Below are positions 46,848-56,483 of a DNA stretch of 64,000 nucleotides, in pieces. How positions within the stretch are numbered: the first letter of the stretch is position 1; each line of letters opens with the position of its first letter. Under the pieces are notes generated by a model. It saw nothing but the letters and a program-made list of their open reading frames with translations, ran no database searches and was not told where the DNA came from. Source of the stretch: Paraburkholderia sp. (GTDB taxonomy: Bacteria; Pseudomonadota; Gammaproteobacteria; Burkholderiales; Burkholderiaceae). The position numbers and the translations under genes are program-made. Where the stretch lies: contig NZ_JBAURZ010000343.1 in assembly GCF_049581445.1 (NCBI RefSeq), positions 39-64,038 on the forward strand, written 5' to 3'.

Positions 46848-47636
46848 TTACTTAGCCGCGCGCGCTGCTTCCTCGATCGCCGCTGCAACTTCCGTCGGCT
46901 TCGACAACATGGCCACATGGCTCGCGTCAACCTTGATTTCCGTCGCGCCAATCTGATGCGCCATCGCGTCCTGCAACGCTGGCGGAATCATGCGATCCTT
47001 CTCGGTCACGACGAACCATGACGGCTTGCTTTGCCATGCGGGCTGCGTCACCTTGTCGTCGGTACAACCGGCAAACCACGGGCCTTGGGTCGCAGCGACG
47101 AGGCGCGCCTGGGCGACCGGCAGATCCTGCGCAAAGTCGTTGATAATTGCGTCGGTGGACAGCGTCAGATAGCCCGCCGAGTCCTTCTGCAAGGCGGACG
47201 CCCACGACGGCGCCGGCTTGCCCTTCAGGATATCGTTGATCGACTGGTCTTTCTGCGGCGCGAATGCGGCCACGTAGACGAGCGCCTTGACCTTGTCGTC
47301 GTTGCCGGCCTGGGTGATCACGGCGCCTGCCCACGAATGGCCAACCAGGATGACAGGGCCGTTCTGCTGCTCGATTACGCGGTGCGTGGCGGCCACGTCG
47401 CCATCAAGAGAGCTGAGCGGATTCTGTACCGCAACGACGTGCAGCCCTTTTGCCTCCAGGAGCGGGATAACCTTGTCCCAGCTCGATCCATCGGCGAACG
47501 CGCCGTGCACGAGCACAACGTTCTTGCCTTTCAGGTCGTCGTTGGCGGCGGCGCTTGCCGGCGTCATCGCGCTGATTGACAGGAGGCTGCCGAACATGAC
47601 GGTAGCGGCCAGGCACTTTTTGAGCAGGGTGTTCAT
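46848..47636 (-). CDS. Secreted alpha/beta-fold hydrolase
   Basis: 262 aa. Signal peptide. 'VVLVHGAFADGSSW'. Nucleophile elbow 'GHSWAG'. Confidence 0.8.
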   Translation of the reverse strand: MNTLLKKCLAATVMFGSLLSISAMTPASAAANDDLKGKNVVLVHGAFADGSSWDKVIPLLEAKGLHVVAVQNPLSSLDGDVAATHRVIEQQNGPVILVGHSWAGAVITQAGNDDKVKALVYVAAFAPQKDQSINDILKGKPAPSWASALQKDSAGYLTLSTDAIINDFAQDLPVAQARLVAATQGPWFAGCTDDKVTQPAWQSKPSWFVVTEKDRMIPPALQDAMAHQIGATEIKVDASHVAMLSKPTEVAAAIEEAARAAK

Positions 47637-47800
47637 ACTATGGGTCCTCGTGGATAAGTGGGTCAGATTGCGGATTGAAGGATGCCTTGATGCGGCGGCT
47701 TGCTGTATCGGTCAAATGACCGAGGCGCCGGCAACGCTTTTGGGATGCCCATCCGATTCCCGAGGAATGGCGGACAGGACTAAAACAGGTCGACACCTAC

Positions 47801-49276
47801 ATGGCAGATGTTTCAACAATCCGGGCGCTCAACGCCGTGAAGGCGCTGGCGTTCATCGGCGACCTCAGCATGGGGCAGCCGACGGATCATTCGCTGCGCA
47901 CCAGCTGGCTTGCCGGGCGGCTTGCGGCCGAAGCGGGCCACGACGATGCGCAATGCGGCGTCGTCAAAGAAGTCTCACTGCTGCGCTGGTCAGGCTGCAC
48001 GGCGAACGCGGCCGGCTTTTCGGAAATGCTGGGCGACGATATCGGCGGACGCGAAGCGATGCTTGCCATGCGGCCGGGCTGGGGCGGCGCGGCGGAAGCG
48101 CAGGGACGTCTTGACGCTACGATTACGCTGCTGGCGGAGATCCACTGCGAAGTGTCGGGGGAGATTGCGCGCATGCTTGGTCTCGAGGGTGCTACCCAAA
48201 GCGCCTTGCGGAACATCTTCGAGAAGTGGGATGGCGGTGGGCAGCCGCTGCGGGTTGAAGGCGCACGAGTGCCTGAGGCGGTTTTTATGGTTGCGCTTGC
48301 AGGCGACCTGGAAATCTTGAGTCGTGTGTATGGGCTGGAATCGGCGCAAAAACTGATCGCGCAGAAAGCGGGCCGCTACTATCCCGACTTGCTTGCGCGT
48401 ATCGCCTGCGCGCAAGCGGGAGAATGGCTCACCGAACTCGATCAGCAAAGCGCGGCAGGGCGGGACGAACCGCTGGACGCGCTACCCATGCAACAGGTCA
48501 CCGCGCCCGAAATCATCGCCGACGTCATCGACCTGAAACTGCCGTGGATGGCCGGTTACTCGCGGCGCGTGGCCGAGGCGGCGGCGCGATGTTGCGCGCG
48601 CCTAGGATTCGACGACGAGGTTCGTCGCACCACGTATCTTGCCGGCTTGATTCACGGCATGGGGCGCATGGCGGTGTCGAATGCGATCTGGAATACGCCG
48701 GGGCGGCTGTCTCCCGCGGCATGGGAAAAGGTGCGCCTCGTGCCTTACTGGACCGCACGCGCTGGCAAGCAGATTGGCGCGCTCGCTCGCGAATCCGAAA
48801 TTGCGTCGCAGGCGTATGAGCGGCTTGACGGAGCGGGCTATTTTCGCGGCGCCACGGGCAACATGCTCGGCCGCGAGGCTCGCGTGCTGGCTGCGGCTGC
48901 TAGCTGGGTGGCGTTGCTGTCACCGCGTCCGTGGCGCGCGGCTTTCCCCCCGGACGAGGCTGCGGCCTTGCTGAATGAACAGGCGGCGGCGGGCTTATTC
49001 GACGCCGACTCGGTCCATGCCCTGTTGTCCTGCGAGAAGGACGGTTATGAAGTGGGCGCTGAGCGCATCAAGCCGGGGCGAGGTGCGCTCCTGTCGCCGC
49101 GTGAGGCCGAGGTCTTGTGGCACATCAGCCAGGGCGCCAGTAACAAGGAAGTCGCCAAAACGCTCAGTATGAGTCCGAGCACGGTTCGCACGCATGTGGA
49201 AAGCGTGTTCCGCAAACTCGAATGTTCGACGCGGGCGGCCGCTACGTTGAAAGCGTCAACGCTGGGTCTGATTTAA
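47801..49276 (+). CDS. LuxR-family regulator with two HD/HD-GYP-like N-terminal domains
   Basis: 491 aa. C-terminal HTH: 'LSPREAEVLWHISQGASNKEVAKTLSMSPSTVRTHVESVFRKL'. The positions expected for the HD dyad read 'LLRWSGC' and 'LIHGMGR'. Confidence 0.7.
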   Translation: MADVSTIRALNAVKALAFIGDLSMGQPTDHSLRTSWLAGRLAAEAGHDDAQCGVVKEVSLLRWSGCTANAAGFSEMLGDDIGGREAMLAMRPGWGGAAEAQGRLDATITLLAEIHCEVSGEIARMLGLEGATQSALRNIFEKWDGGGQPLRVEGARVPEAVFMVALAGDLEILSRVYGLESAQKLIAQKAGRYYPDLLARIACAQAGEWLTELDQQSAAGRDEPLDALPMQQVTAPEIIADVIDLKLPWMAGYSRRVAEAAARCCARLGFDDEVRRTTYLAGLIHGMGRMAVSNAIWNTPGRLSPAAWEKVRLVPYWTARAGKQIGALARESEIASQAYERLDGAGYFRGATGNMLGREARVLAAAASWVALLSPRPWRAAFPPDEAAALLNEQAAAGLFDADSVHALLSCEKDGYEVGAERIKPGRGALLSPREAEVLWHISQGASNKEVAKTLSMSPSTVRTHVESVFRKLECSTRAAATLKASTLGLI

Positions 49277-49330
49277 GTCGCATGACGGCGCGGCGCTAGA
49301 TGCAACAGCACTCTCTGCGCATAAAAAAAC

Positions 49331-49811
49331 GATTTTCACCCGGATGCACGCGAAACCTTCCAGGCGTTCAGAACGCCCGGGCTAGGTGAAGAGATGATTC
49401 TGCAGGGCAATGCATTCGTTGAGCAGGTTCTACCCGGCGCAACGATACGAAAGCTCTCAGATGAGGAAATGTCGGTTTATCGAGCGCCGCTTCCTACTCC
49501 CGAGTCGCGGCGACCCACCTGGCGTTTCCCGAACGAACTACCGATCGCGGGAGAACCCGCTGATGTGTATTCCCTGCTTGGAGCAGGCACATATTGCGCT
49601 AGCGCAGTCCTCTTACCCGAAGCTGCTTTTCACAGCGAATCCAGGCGCCTTGGCATCACCCGCTGTCGCCAGACGCGTTGTGAAAAATATTCAGGAATGC
49701 AAAGTGGTGGAGCTTGGCCACGGCATTCACTACTTGCAGGGAGATCATCCAGATGTCATTGGTTCCACTGTGCGTGAGTGGCTGCTCGTTCATACACTCG
49801 AGGCCCGATAG
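49331..49811 (+). pseudogene. Haloalkane dehalogenase, 5'-truncated and frameshifted
   Basis: 'PDARETFQAFRTPGLGEEMILQGNAFVEQVLPG..RPTWRFPNELPIAGEPADV' then, after a frame change near 49575, 'AQSSYPKLLFTANPGALASP..GHGIHYLQGDHPDVIG'. Compare DhaA 'FARETFQAFRT..LWRFPNELPIAGEPA..GLHYLQEDNPDLIG' (recalled). The nucleophile-containing N-terminal half is absent. Confidence 0.75.
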
Positions 49812-49979
49812 CCTTCATTGAGCATCCAGTGACTGAACTGCGCATACTCACGTGCATATTCGCGGGCGTCGCGCGCCAGTTCAACGGTATGAGCCAATTG
49901 TCCACCGCGGCAGTGAGGGCACGAACATAACCTGGTTGTGCAAGATCTGCCGCCGCCGGCGCACCCGAGTTCAGCATAC

Positions 49980-51239
49980 TCAGTTGTCCCCCGATACAAC
50001 CGAACGCTGTACAGCCAGCAGATTCGCGGTGTTCTGTGCGATCCGGTCGTTGCTGATCATTAGCGGTGCGGAATACAGATCACGAAGATGGCGCCCGACA
50101 CTGTATTCGGTGCCGTTCTTGTAGCCCGCCATGCCGCAGATCATCAGCACTTCCTGCACCACTTGCAGCGCGGTGTTGGAGAGGCTGGTTTTCAATGTAT
50201 TCATGTCGGTGGCGAAGCCCAAGATGGCAGAGAGCGGCGTGTCGGCCCGGCATGCGTCGTCTACAGTCTCATGTACGCGCTGCGCTGCCTCTAGACCGGC
50301 GGCAAGGCGTGCCTGCATCATACGCAGCAGCCCCACTGCCTCTGCGAGCCGTGGCCCGGCCGGTGGGGCGGAGCCGGGCTTCGAGCGCGCCTGGGCGCGA
50401 AAGAATGCACTCGCCCGATTCACCGCGTCGCTGGCGACACCGGTCCACACGGATGCCCACAGCGTGTGCGAGAGAGGCAGCATGGTCTGGTCGGCGATCT
50501 CGGCAAAGGGTGTGGGTAGTATCTGTTGCTCCACGCCCGTGGCGACGAGGCGAAATCCTTCGCTGCAGGTGCCGCGCATTCCCATCGAATCCCATTCGCC
50601 GCGCTTTTCGAGTTGCGTTTCCGCCTTGAGCACGACAATCAGCACCTGGTCGCCGGCAGGGGACTCCGGCGTGCGCCGGGCGGTGACCAGAATACCGTCG
50701 GCGTTTGCGCCGTAGGAGATCGTCGGCGCCAGCTTTTCGATTCGAAAACGCGCGCCGTCGATCTGGATCGCGCAGGAACTGGTGCGTAAATTGCCGCCAA
50801 TGTTTTCTTCGGAAGTCGCTGACGCCAGCAGCAACTGATGCTCGACAACCTTAGCGAGCAACGCCCGTTGCCAAGGCAAACTGCTGCCGTATTTGTCGAT
50901 GCATGCAATCTCGATCTGGTGCATCGCATAGATCATGGCGGTCGATGCACAAGCTTGCGCCAGCGTTTCGCAGATCGCCCCGATTTCCACGACGCCTAGT
51001 CCGGGACCGCCAAACGCCTTGGGCACCATCGCCGAGAGCAACCGTTCGCGGCGCAGTGCATCGACTGCTTCAGCAGGGAAGCGCGCGTCCCTGTCGACAT
51101 CATTCGCGAATTGCGCGGCGACGGCTGCGGCGCGTTGAGCGGCTGCACGCCAGCCGGGCTGGGATCTGGACGCGGTGGGAGCGGTCGACGCGGGTGTGCC
51201 GCTGCGGGCGATGGCGTCATGCTCGAGTGGGTTGTTCAT
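49980..51239 (-). CDS. Acyl-CoA dehydrogenase-fold flavoprotein (probably acts on an acyl/aminoacyl carrier protein)
   Basis: 419 aa with an ACAD three-domain pattern ('GMRGT', 'CGMAGY..HLRDL'). Its start overlaps the ACP stop (4-nt overlap). Confidence 0.75.
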   Translation of the reverse strand: MNNPLEHDAIARSGTPASTAPTASRSQPGWRAAAQRAAAVAAQFANDVDRDARFPAEAVDALRRERLLSAMVPKAFGGPGLGVVEIGAICETLAQACASTAMIYAMHQIEIACIDKYGSSLPWQRALLAKVVEHQLLLASATSEENIGGNLRTSSCAIQIDGARFRIEKLAPTISYGANADGILVTARRTPESPAGDQVLIVVLKAETQLEKRGEWDSMGMRGTCSEGFRLVATGVEQQILPTPFAEIADQTMLPLSHTLWASVWTGVASDAVNRASAFFRAQARSKPGSAPPAGPRLAEAVGLLRMMQARLAAGLEAAQRVHETVDDACRADTPLSAILGFATDMNTLKTSLSNTALQVVQEVLMICGMAGYKNGTEYSVGRHLRDLYSAPLMISNDRIAQNTANLLAVQRSVVSGDN

Positions 51240-51487
51240 GCTGACGCCTTTACCGGTAGCAGTTCGTTGACTGCTGCGGCGATCGAATCGACACTCGAAA
51301 AGAGGCGGCGAGTGAGCATGCGGTCGGGGATCTCAAAGCCAAATTCGCCTTCGATCGCCAGTATCACCTGCACGGTTGCAAGCGATGTCAGGCCGGCTGC
51401 ATAGAGATCTGCGTCGTCTGCGACGGTGTCCATCGGCACGTCGAGACAAGCCGATTCGGAAAGGATGCGCCTCAGTACTGTTTTCAT
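51236..51487 (-). CDS. Stand-alone acyl/peptidyl carrier protein
   Basis: 83 aa. Phosphopantetheine attachment context 'DADLYAAGLTSLATVQVILAIE'. Confidence 0.8.
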   Translation of the reverse strand: MKTVLRRILSESACLDVPMDTVADDADLYAAGLTSLATVQVILAIEGEFGFEIPDRMLTRRLFSSVDSIAAAVNELLPVKASA

Positions 51488-52070
51488 GGAGAAGTGTCCC
51501 TCAGGTTTTTCTCGTTAGCCCGCTGTTGCATCACTCTCATTGCGAACGCGCAGGCGGGGCGGCCGGTCCGCTCGCATGCGCTGACACATCCGGAGCGTCC
51601 CCCCCTTTTGACCCGGTAGCGGACGGCCCCACTCCAGGATTGTTTGTATTGAACGGATCGCTAAGTACTACCGTCGGTGCGATGTCGCACGGAAGAGCGT
51701 CCGGTCTTAAGGGTCGACCGCGCGCAAAAAGAAGCCGGCGAAAGCAGGCTGAAAGGTTCTAGCTATTTCCGAGGGCGTGCTAGAACCTGAGAGAGGGAGC
51801 AGCATGCGGGCGTCAGAGCCGCGCAGTCTCTCAGGTACCCGCCGAAATCGTCGGGAAAATCGCGCTCTGCGATTACTTTCGGGGGTGTTACACGCTGAGC
51901 GCTTTCGCGCTTTCCTCGTTTACGTCCTTTCGTTTATTACGGATGCAGAAGACGCGAAAAAAATCGTTAGGCCCGTTAATCAATGTACCCAAGGTGGGCC
52001 AGGCGAGATCATCGACGGCATGATTGGGATCGTGGATAACCCTAGGGCTGATGCGGCGGCGCGGGTCGCC

Positions 52071-53333
52071 TTATGTGGGCTGCGGCGGCGTTTGCGGCTG
52101 ATGTCCCGGTAGTGGCGGAAAGGCGAATGCGATTGCCATGGCGCCAAGCCCTACGACCGATGAACTGAGATACAGCCACGTGTACTGGCCCGACATGTCG
52201 TAGATCCAGCCACCGGTCACCGGTCCCAGCGCCATGCCGAGGCTCGACAGCATGGTCGCCGCGCCGAGCACCGCGCCGAGGATGCGCGTGCCGAAGTACT
52301 CGCGTGCGAGTACCGCATAGAGCGGCATCACGCCGCCGTAGGCCGCTCCAAACACGAGCGCGAGCATGTAGAAAGTCTCCAGACGGCGGGCAAACAGATA
52401 GAGGCTGATCACGAGCGCCTGCACCATGAGTCCTGTGACGAGAACAGGCTTGACGCCGACTCGGTCTGCGAGCACGCCGAGCAACACCCGACCGCCGAGA
52501 CCGGACAGCCCTTCGACGCTATAGATGCTGACCGCCGCCATTGGCGGAACGCCACACAGGATTGCGTAGCTCACCATATGAAAGATCGGCCCCGAGTGGG
52601 CGGCGCAGCATGCGAAGAAGGTCAGACCAAGCACGAGAAACTGGCGCGTTCGCAGTGCTTGCGCGACGCGCATGGGGGGCGCTGCCGCACTGTCGGCTGC
52701 ATTGCCGTTAGCGGTCGCCGTCTGCACGGGAGGCCGACGCACGAGCAGCGACGTCGGCAGCAGCACGAGCCAGACCATGACACCGATGACCAGCATTGCG
52801 GTGCGCCAGTCGTACGCTGAGATCAGCCAGCGGGCGAACGGCGAGATGGTCATCGGCGCGACGCCCATACCTGCTGAAACGAGCGACACGGCAAGGCTGC
52901 GCTGCCGCTCGAACCACACGGTGGTCGCTGCGATCATCGGCGCGAAGAACGCGCTGGCGGCGAGTCCCACGAGGATGCCGTAAGTCAGTTGAAACTGAAG
53001 CAGCGAGGTGGCGCGACTCGCGAGTACCAACGCGAGCCCAAGCAACACTGCACCAACTGTTACGACGGGCCGTGCACCAATCCGGTCGCTCAACGCCCCC
53101 CACCCGAAGCCGCTCACGCCCATCACAAGGAAATTGAGCGTCATGCCGCTGGAGATGCCCGCGCGAGACCAGTCCGTCGCACTGGAGATCGGCTGCAGAA
53201 AGATTGCTAGCGAGAACATCGCGCCGATTGCGACGCAGGTCATGATGGCACCCGCAATCACGATCACCCACCGATAGTTGCCGGTCGTTTCGTCTGCGTT
53301 TCGAGAGGTCGTTTCGCTCTGACTGCGCTGCAT
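52071..53333 (-). CDS. MFS transporter (oxalate/formate antiporter-like subfamily)
   Basis: 12 hydrophobic helices. 'GWGALSDRIGARP'. Start set at ATG 53333 (GGAGG upstream); the ORF is open to 53402. Confidence 0.8.
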   Translation of the reverse strand: MQRSQSETTSRNADETTGNYRWVIVIAGAIMTCVAIGAMFSLAIFLQPISSATDWSRAGISSGMTLNFLVMGVSGFGWGALSDRIGARPVVTVGAVLLGLALVLASRATSLLQFQLTYGILVGLAASAFFAPMIAATTVWFERQRSLAVSLVSAGMGVAPMTISPFARWLISAYDWRTAMLVIGVMVWLVLLPTSLLVRRPPVQTATANGNAADSAAAPPMRVAQALRTRQFLVLGLTFFACCAAHSGPIFHMVSYAILCGVPPMAAVSIYSVEGLSGLGGRVLLGVLADRVGVKPVLVTGLMVQALVISLYLFARRLETFYMLALVFGAAYGGVMPLYAVLAREYFGTRILGAVLGAATMLSSLGMALGPVTGGWIYDMSGQYTWLYLSSSVVGLGAMAIAFAFPPLPGHQPQTPPQPT

Positions 53334-53501
53334 GGTGCCTCCACGCGTTCGGTAGATATCATCACGACGAACGGGCATGTTCAAAATCGACAGTGTGAAC
53401 AAAAAGCAGCCAACAGGGGCCAGGTGACGGAAGAGTTTCGCAAGGTATTCGGAGGATATCCGTTCCAGGCTCGTGTTAGATTTTCAATCATCTGATGCTA
53501 A

Positions 53502-53813
53502 CTCTGTTACCTATGGAATATCCCTGCGGGCTGCGTGACACGACAGGCACCCGCGAGACCACACAGCTATGCCACGGATCGTTTATGTGTCGTCGTGTCA
53601 GGCACCTGGTGGATCAACAGCGGTGCGGACTTCGATCCCGCACACACGGTCCCGGTACGGGCCGGCACCTTCGTGCGGCGCATTGCACGAACCTGGCATT
53701 ACGACGGCGTCCCGCGTGGTGAAGCGGAGCCAGTAGTGATCGCCATTTGTGGAATCGGTCCGGTGGATATCCGGCTAGCGGAGCCTGATAAATCCCTGGT
53801 TCGGGCCGTATAG
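53502..53813 (+). pseudogene. Cupin-domain gene, apparently 5'-truncated
   Basis: The cupin core 'IPAGCV..PHSYATDRLCVVVSGTWWINSGADFDP..VRAGTFVRRIARTWHY' begins right after an in-frame TAA at 53499. The only in-frame start is GTG 53535, inside the fold. Confidence 0.4.
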
Positions 53814-53842
53814 ACCGGCGATTTAATCGGAGGGCAAACTCG

Positions 53843-54304
53843 ATGAATCTCCCTACTGTCGCGCAACATCAGCCGAACTGCACCGGCCCGCAACTCGGCA
53901 CCTGGAAGCTACAGTCCTTCACGGACGAAGACCTGGCGACCGGCGAGAAGACCGATTTGTTCGGCGCGCACCCCAGCGGCTATCTCTCCTATGGGCCTGA
54001 CTGCCGGATGTCCGCCATCTTGCTCAAGGAGGGGCGAAGGACGCCCGAGACGCTCGTTCCAACCGATGCGGAACGCGTCGATCTCTACAACGGGCTGATC
54101 GCATACGCAGGGACCTACAGTATTGAGGGCGACAAAGTAAGCCACCATATTGAGGCCTCGTGGAACCAGTCGTGGACAGGGACGACTCAAGTGCGTCAGT
54201 TCAGAATCGACGGCAACTGCTTGTACATAAGAACGCTGCCCGCGAAGAACCCAATGACCGGCAAGCAAAGCTCGGCCGTATTGGTTTGGGTCAAGGTCGA
54301 GTAG
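53843..54304 (+). CDS. Lipocalin-like domain protein
   Basis: 153 aa. 'GTWKLQSFTDEDLATGEK..GYLSYGPDCRMSAIL..LIAYAGTYSIEGDKVSHHIEASWNQSW'. Confidence 0.7.
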   Translation: MNLPTVAQHQPNCTGPQLGTWKLQSFTDEDLATGEKTDLFGAHPSGYLSYGPDCRMSAILLKEGRRTPETLVPTDAERVDLYNGLIAYAGTYSIEGDKVSHHIEASWNQSWTGTTQVRQFRIDGNCLYIRTLPAKNPMTGKQSSAVLVWVKVE

Positions 54305-54397
54305 GCGAATATCCTCGGGTGTGGGGATCTGCCGTCCTCGACAGCCCGCAATCTGCGCAACTGATACAGTTCTTCCTGTTTCGAATGGGAGGGCCTG

Positions 54398-55012
54398 ATG
54401 TTCAAATCTGTAAGACTTGTGGTTGCCGCGGTGGCAGTTGTGTCGTCTGGTTTTGCACTGGCGGCGAAGCAGCCGGCGCCCAATTACCTGCCCGCGTCAG
54501 ATGCCGCGACGTTTGAGAACGCGCCGGCGATCGTCGAGGGAGCGTCGGGCAAGAACGTCAAATCGACGATCTACGTCTTTATGGACCCGAACTGCATCTT
54601 CTGTCACTACGCGTGGAAAGCGCTCCAACCCTACGAGGCTGCCGGGTTGCAGGTGCATTGGATTCCGATGGGCTTCCTGAAACCGGATTCCCCGGGAAAG
54701 GCCGCCGCATTGCTACAGGCGCAGAACGGGCCGGCATTGATGCACGAACTCGAGACGAAATTCTCTGAGAAAGACGAGTCTGGCGGGATCAAGCCGCTGG
54801 CAAATGTACCGTCCGCGACGCAAACCAAGCTGGATGGCAATGCCAGGATGTTTAAGGACTTCGGCTTCGATGGCACGCCGACGATCATCTACCAGGCAAG
54901 TGGCGGCCGGTGGGCAGATGTCAGTGGCTTGCCGCCTTTGAGCTCATTGCCGGGCATGTTGAATCTGCCGGAACAACCGATTACCGATCCGTCTTTGCAG
55001 CGGTTCCGCTAA
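54398..55012 (+). CDS. DsbG/DsbC-family periplasmic thiol:disulfide interchange protein
   Basis: Signal peptide. Thioredoxin fold with CxxC in 'FMDPNCIFCHYAW'. 'GFDGTPTIIY' (cis-Pro loop). Confidence 0.75.
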   Translation: MFKSVRLVVAAVAVVSSGFALAAKQPAPNYLPASDAATFENAPAIVEGASGKNVKSTIYVFMDPNCIFCHYAWKALQPYEAAGLQVHWIPMGFLKPDSPGKAAALLQAQNGPALMHELETKFSEKDESGGIKPLANVPSATQTKLDGNARMFKDFGFDGTPTIIYQASGGRWADVSGLPPLSSLPGMLNLPEQPITDPSLQRFR

Positions 55013-55171
55013 AGACACCGCAGCGGCGGATTCACTGGCGCGTTGGTTGACGTTAACGCTTACGGCAGTTTTACAAGAACTGCGTTTGGGGTTTGGCACC
55101 CTGAAGACGCGTGGCCGCTATCCCCATCGTCCCCGCGTGACTGAGGCGTTGGATGGAAATTGCACCGCTTG

Positions 55172-55570
55172 TTAGAACAATTTCCGCCACTGCTCCTGCA
55201 TGTCCGCGCGTGTGTTGACCTCGATCAGCACGCCGCCCGGCGCACGGCAAAAGAACCGCGATCCACGTGTGTTGTTGAAGACCTCCGACTCCATCCGAAC
55301 GCCGCCCTCCAGGAATTCCCGATAGAGAGTGTGGACGTCATCGAGACTGTCGACTTCAAGGCCGAAATGGAAGTTTTTCGGCCAGACCGGCACTTCTTCC
55401 GTAACGTGCTCCAGAACAATGTCGAAGCCGTTGCGCTTAAGCAGGCGATGCTCGCCGGCGGCGACGATTTCGCAGCCGAGGTATTTCTCAAAGAATGCAG
55501 CCGTCTCGGCTACGTTGGTGGTGGGGAAGCTCAAGTGGTTCAGCTTCGCTTCTTTGTGAAGATTCATCAT
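55172..55570 (-). CDS. VOC / glyoxalase-family protein
   Basis: 'LNHLSFPTTNVAETAAFFEKYLG..HFGLEVDSLDDV..GGVLIEVN'. The start is uncertain (55570 or 55567; the ORF is open to 55633). Confidence 0.7.
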   Translation of the reverse strand: MMNLHKEAKLNHLSFPTTNVAETAAFFEKYLGCEIVAAGEHRLLKRNGFDIVLEHVTEEVPVWPKNFHFGLEVDSLDDVHTLYREFLEGGVRMESEVFNNTRGSRFFCRAPGGVLIEVNTRADMQEQWRKLF

Positions 55571-55910
55571 CGATCTCGCAGAAAGGTTGAACGGTGGCGT
55601 GGAGAGCGTGGCGTCCGACCGGCCCCTATGCACTGATGCCGGTCGGATGGCTTTCCACAGGGCTAATTTTGCGAGTAATTGCTCGATTGGAAAACTCGCG
55701 TCGAGGCGGTGTCTCGTGTTAGCGCGCGGCTCAGCATTGGCGGGGGTTTGACGCTTCTGGCGCGGCGATGAGAAGAAACATTGCTCGCGTTTTCGGAGCC
55801 GCCTGTCCGCCCGCGCATGATCTTTTGGGCTGCCGCCGATCTGCGATCCTTAGATGCCAAAAAAATCGGTACGGATCAGGCCGCTTTTCGATTGTCGGCT
55901 TCCATAGAAA

Positions 55911-55922
55911 ATCGCATGCGAT
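55911..55922. promoter_or_regulatory. ATCGCATGCGAT palindrome, candidate OhrR operator upstream of ohr copy 4
   Basis: Identical to 911..922 and 57683..57694. It abuts the -10-like hexamer TAGAAA (55905..55910) and lies 56 nt before the ATG. Confidence 0.45.
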
Positions 55923-55977
55923 TCAAACGCATGAGAGTAAAGAAGATTAACACCTCATATCCATCAAGGAATTCATC

Positions 55978-56424
55978 ATGACCAAGATCGACAAAGTTCT
56001 CTTCTCCGGCACGACCCACACCACCATCAACCGCGACCCCCGCCTGCAGCGCGGCGACCACGGCGTCCTCGACATCAAGCTGTCAGCGCCCGGCGGTGAC
56101 GACCTTGAGTTGATCGCGGCTCTGCCACACCCGACCGCCGAGCAGTTGTTCGCGGGCGCCTGGTCGGCCTGTTACATCACTGCCTTCGGAATTGCCGCAT
56201 CGCTGAAGAAGGTCACGCTGCCGGCCGACTATTCCGTGGATATCCAGGTCGACGTGGGCCAAACCGGCGCCGCCTGGTTCCTCGGCGCCCAGTTCACCAT
56301 CCGCGTGCCGGGCGTTGAAAAGGCCGTCGTCGAGGCAATCGCACACGCGGCCCATCAAATCTGCCCGTACTCGAAGGCTGTACACGGCAACATCGAGGTT
56401 GCGCTGAACGTCGTCACGGCGTAA
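55978..56424 (+). CDS. ohr: Ohr, copy 4, sublineage II
   Basis: 148 aa. Motifs: 'TINRDP', 'AEQLFAGAWSACY', 'ICPYSKA'. Sublineage marker 'DVGQTGAAWFLGA'. Confidence 0.9.
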   Translation: MTKIDKVLFSGTTHTTINRDPRLQRGDHGVLDIKLSAPGGDDLELIAALPHPTAEQLFAGAWSACYITAFGIAASLKKVTLPADYSVDIQVDVGQTGAAWFLGAQFTIRVPGVEKAVVEAIAHAAHQICPYSKAVHGNIEVALNVVTA

Positions 56425-56483
56425 TCCCGCACGGCAAGCATCGCTCACCGCGTCGCAAGGCTGACGCGCGTCATCGCTCACGA

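Noticed and set aside
49790-49999. Cys-rich 69-aa minus-strand ORF ('..CSCPHCRGG..') just downstream of the ACAD gene, considered as a small zinc-ribbon protein or a remnant of the missing carrier-protein ligase
   Set aside because: It overlaps the ACAD 3' end by 20 nt and the dehalogenase remnant on the other strand. Third-position GC is only about 55% by hand count. It has no similarity to aaRS-like ligases that I can recall.
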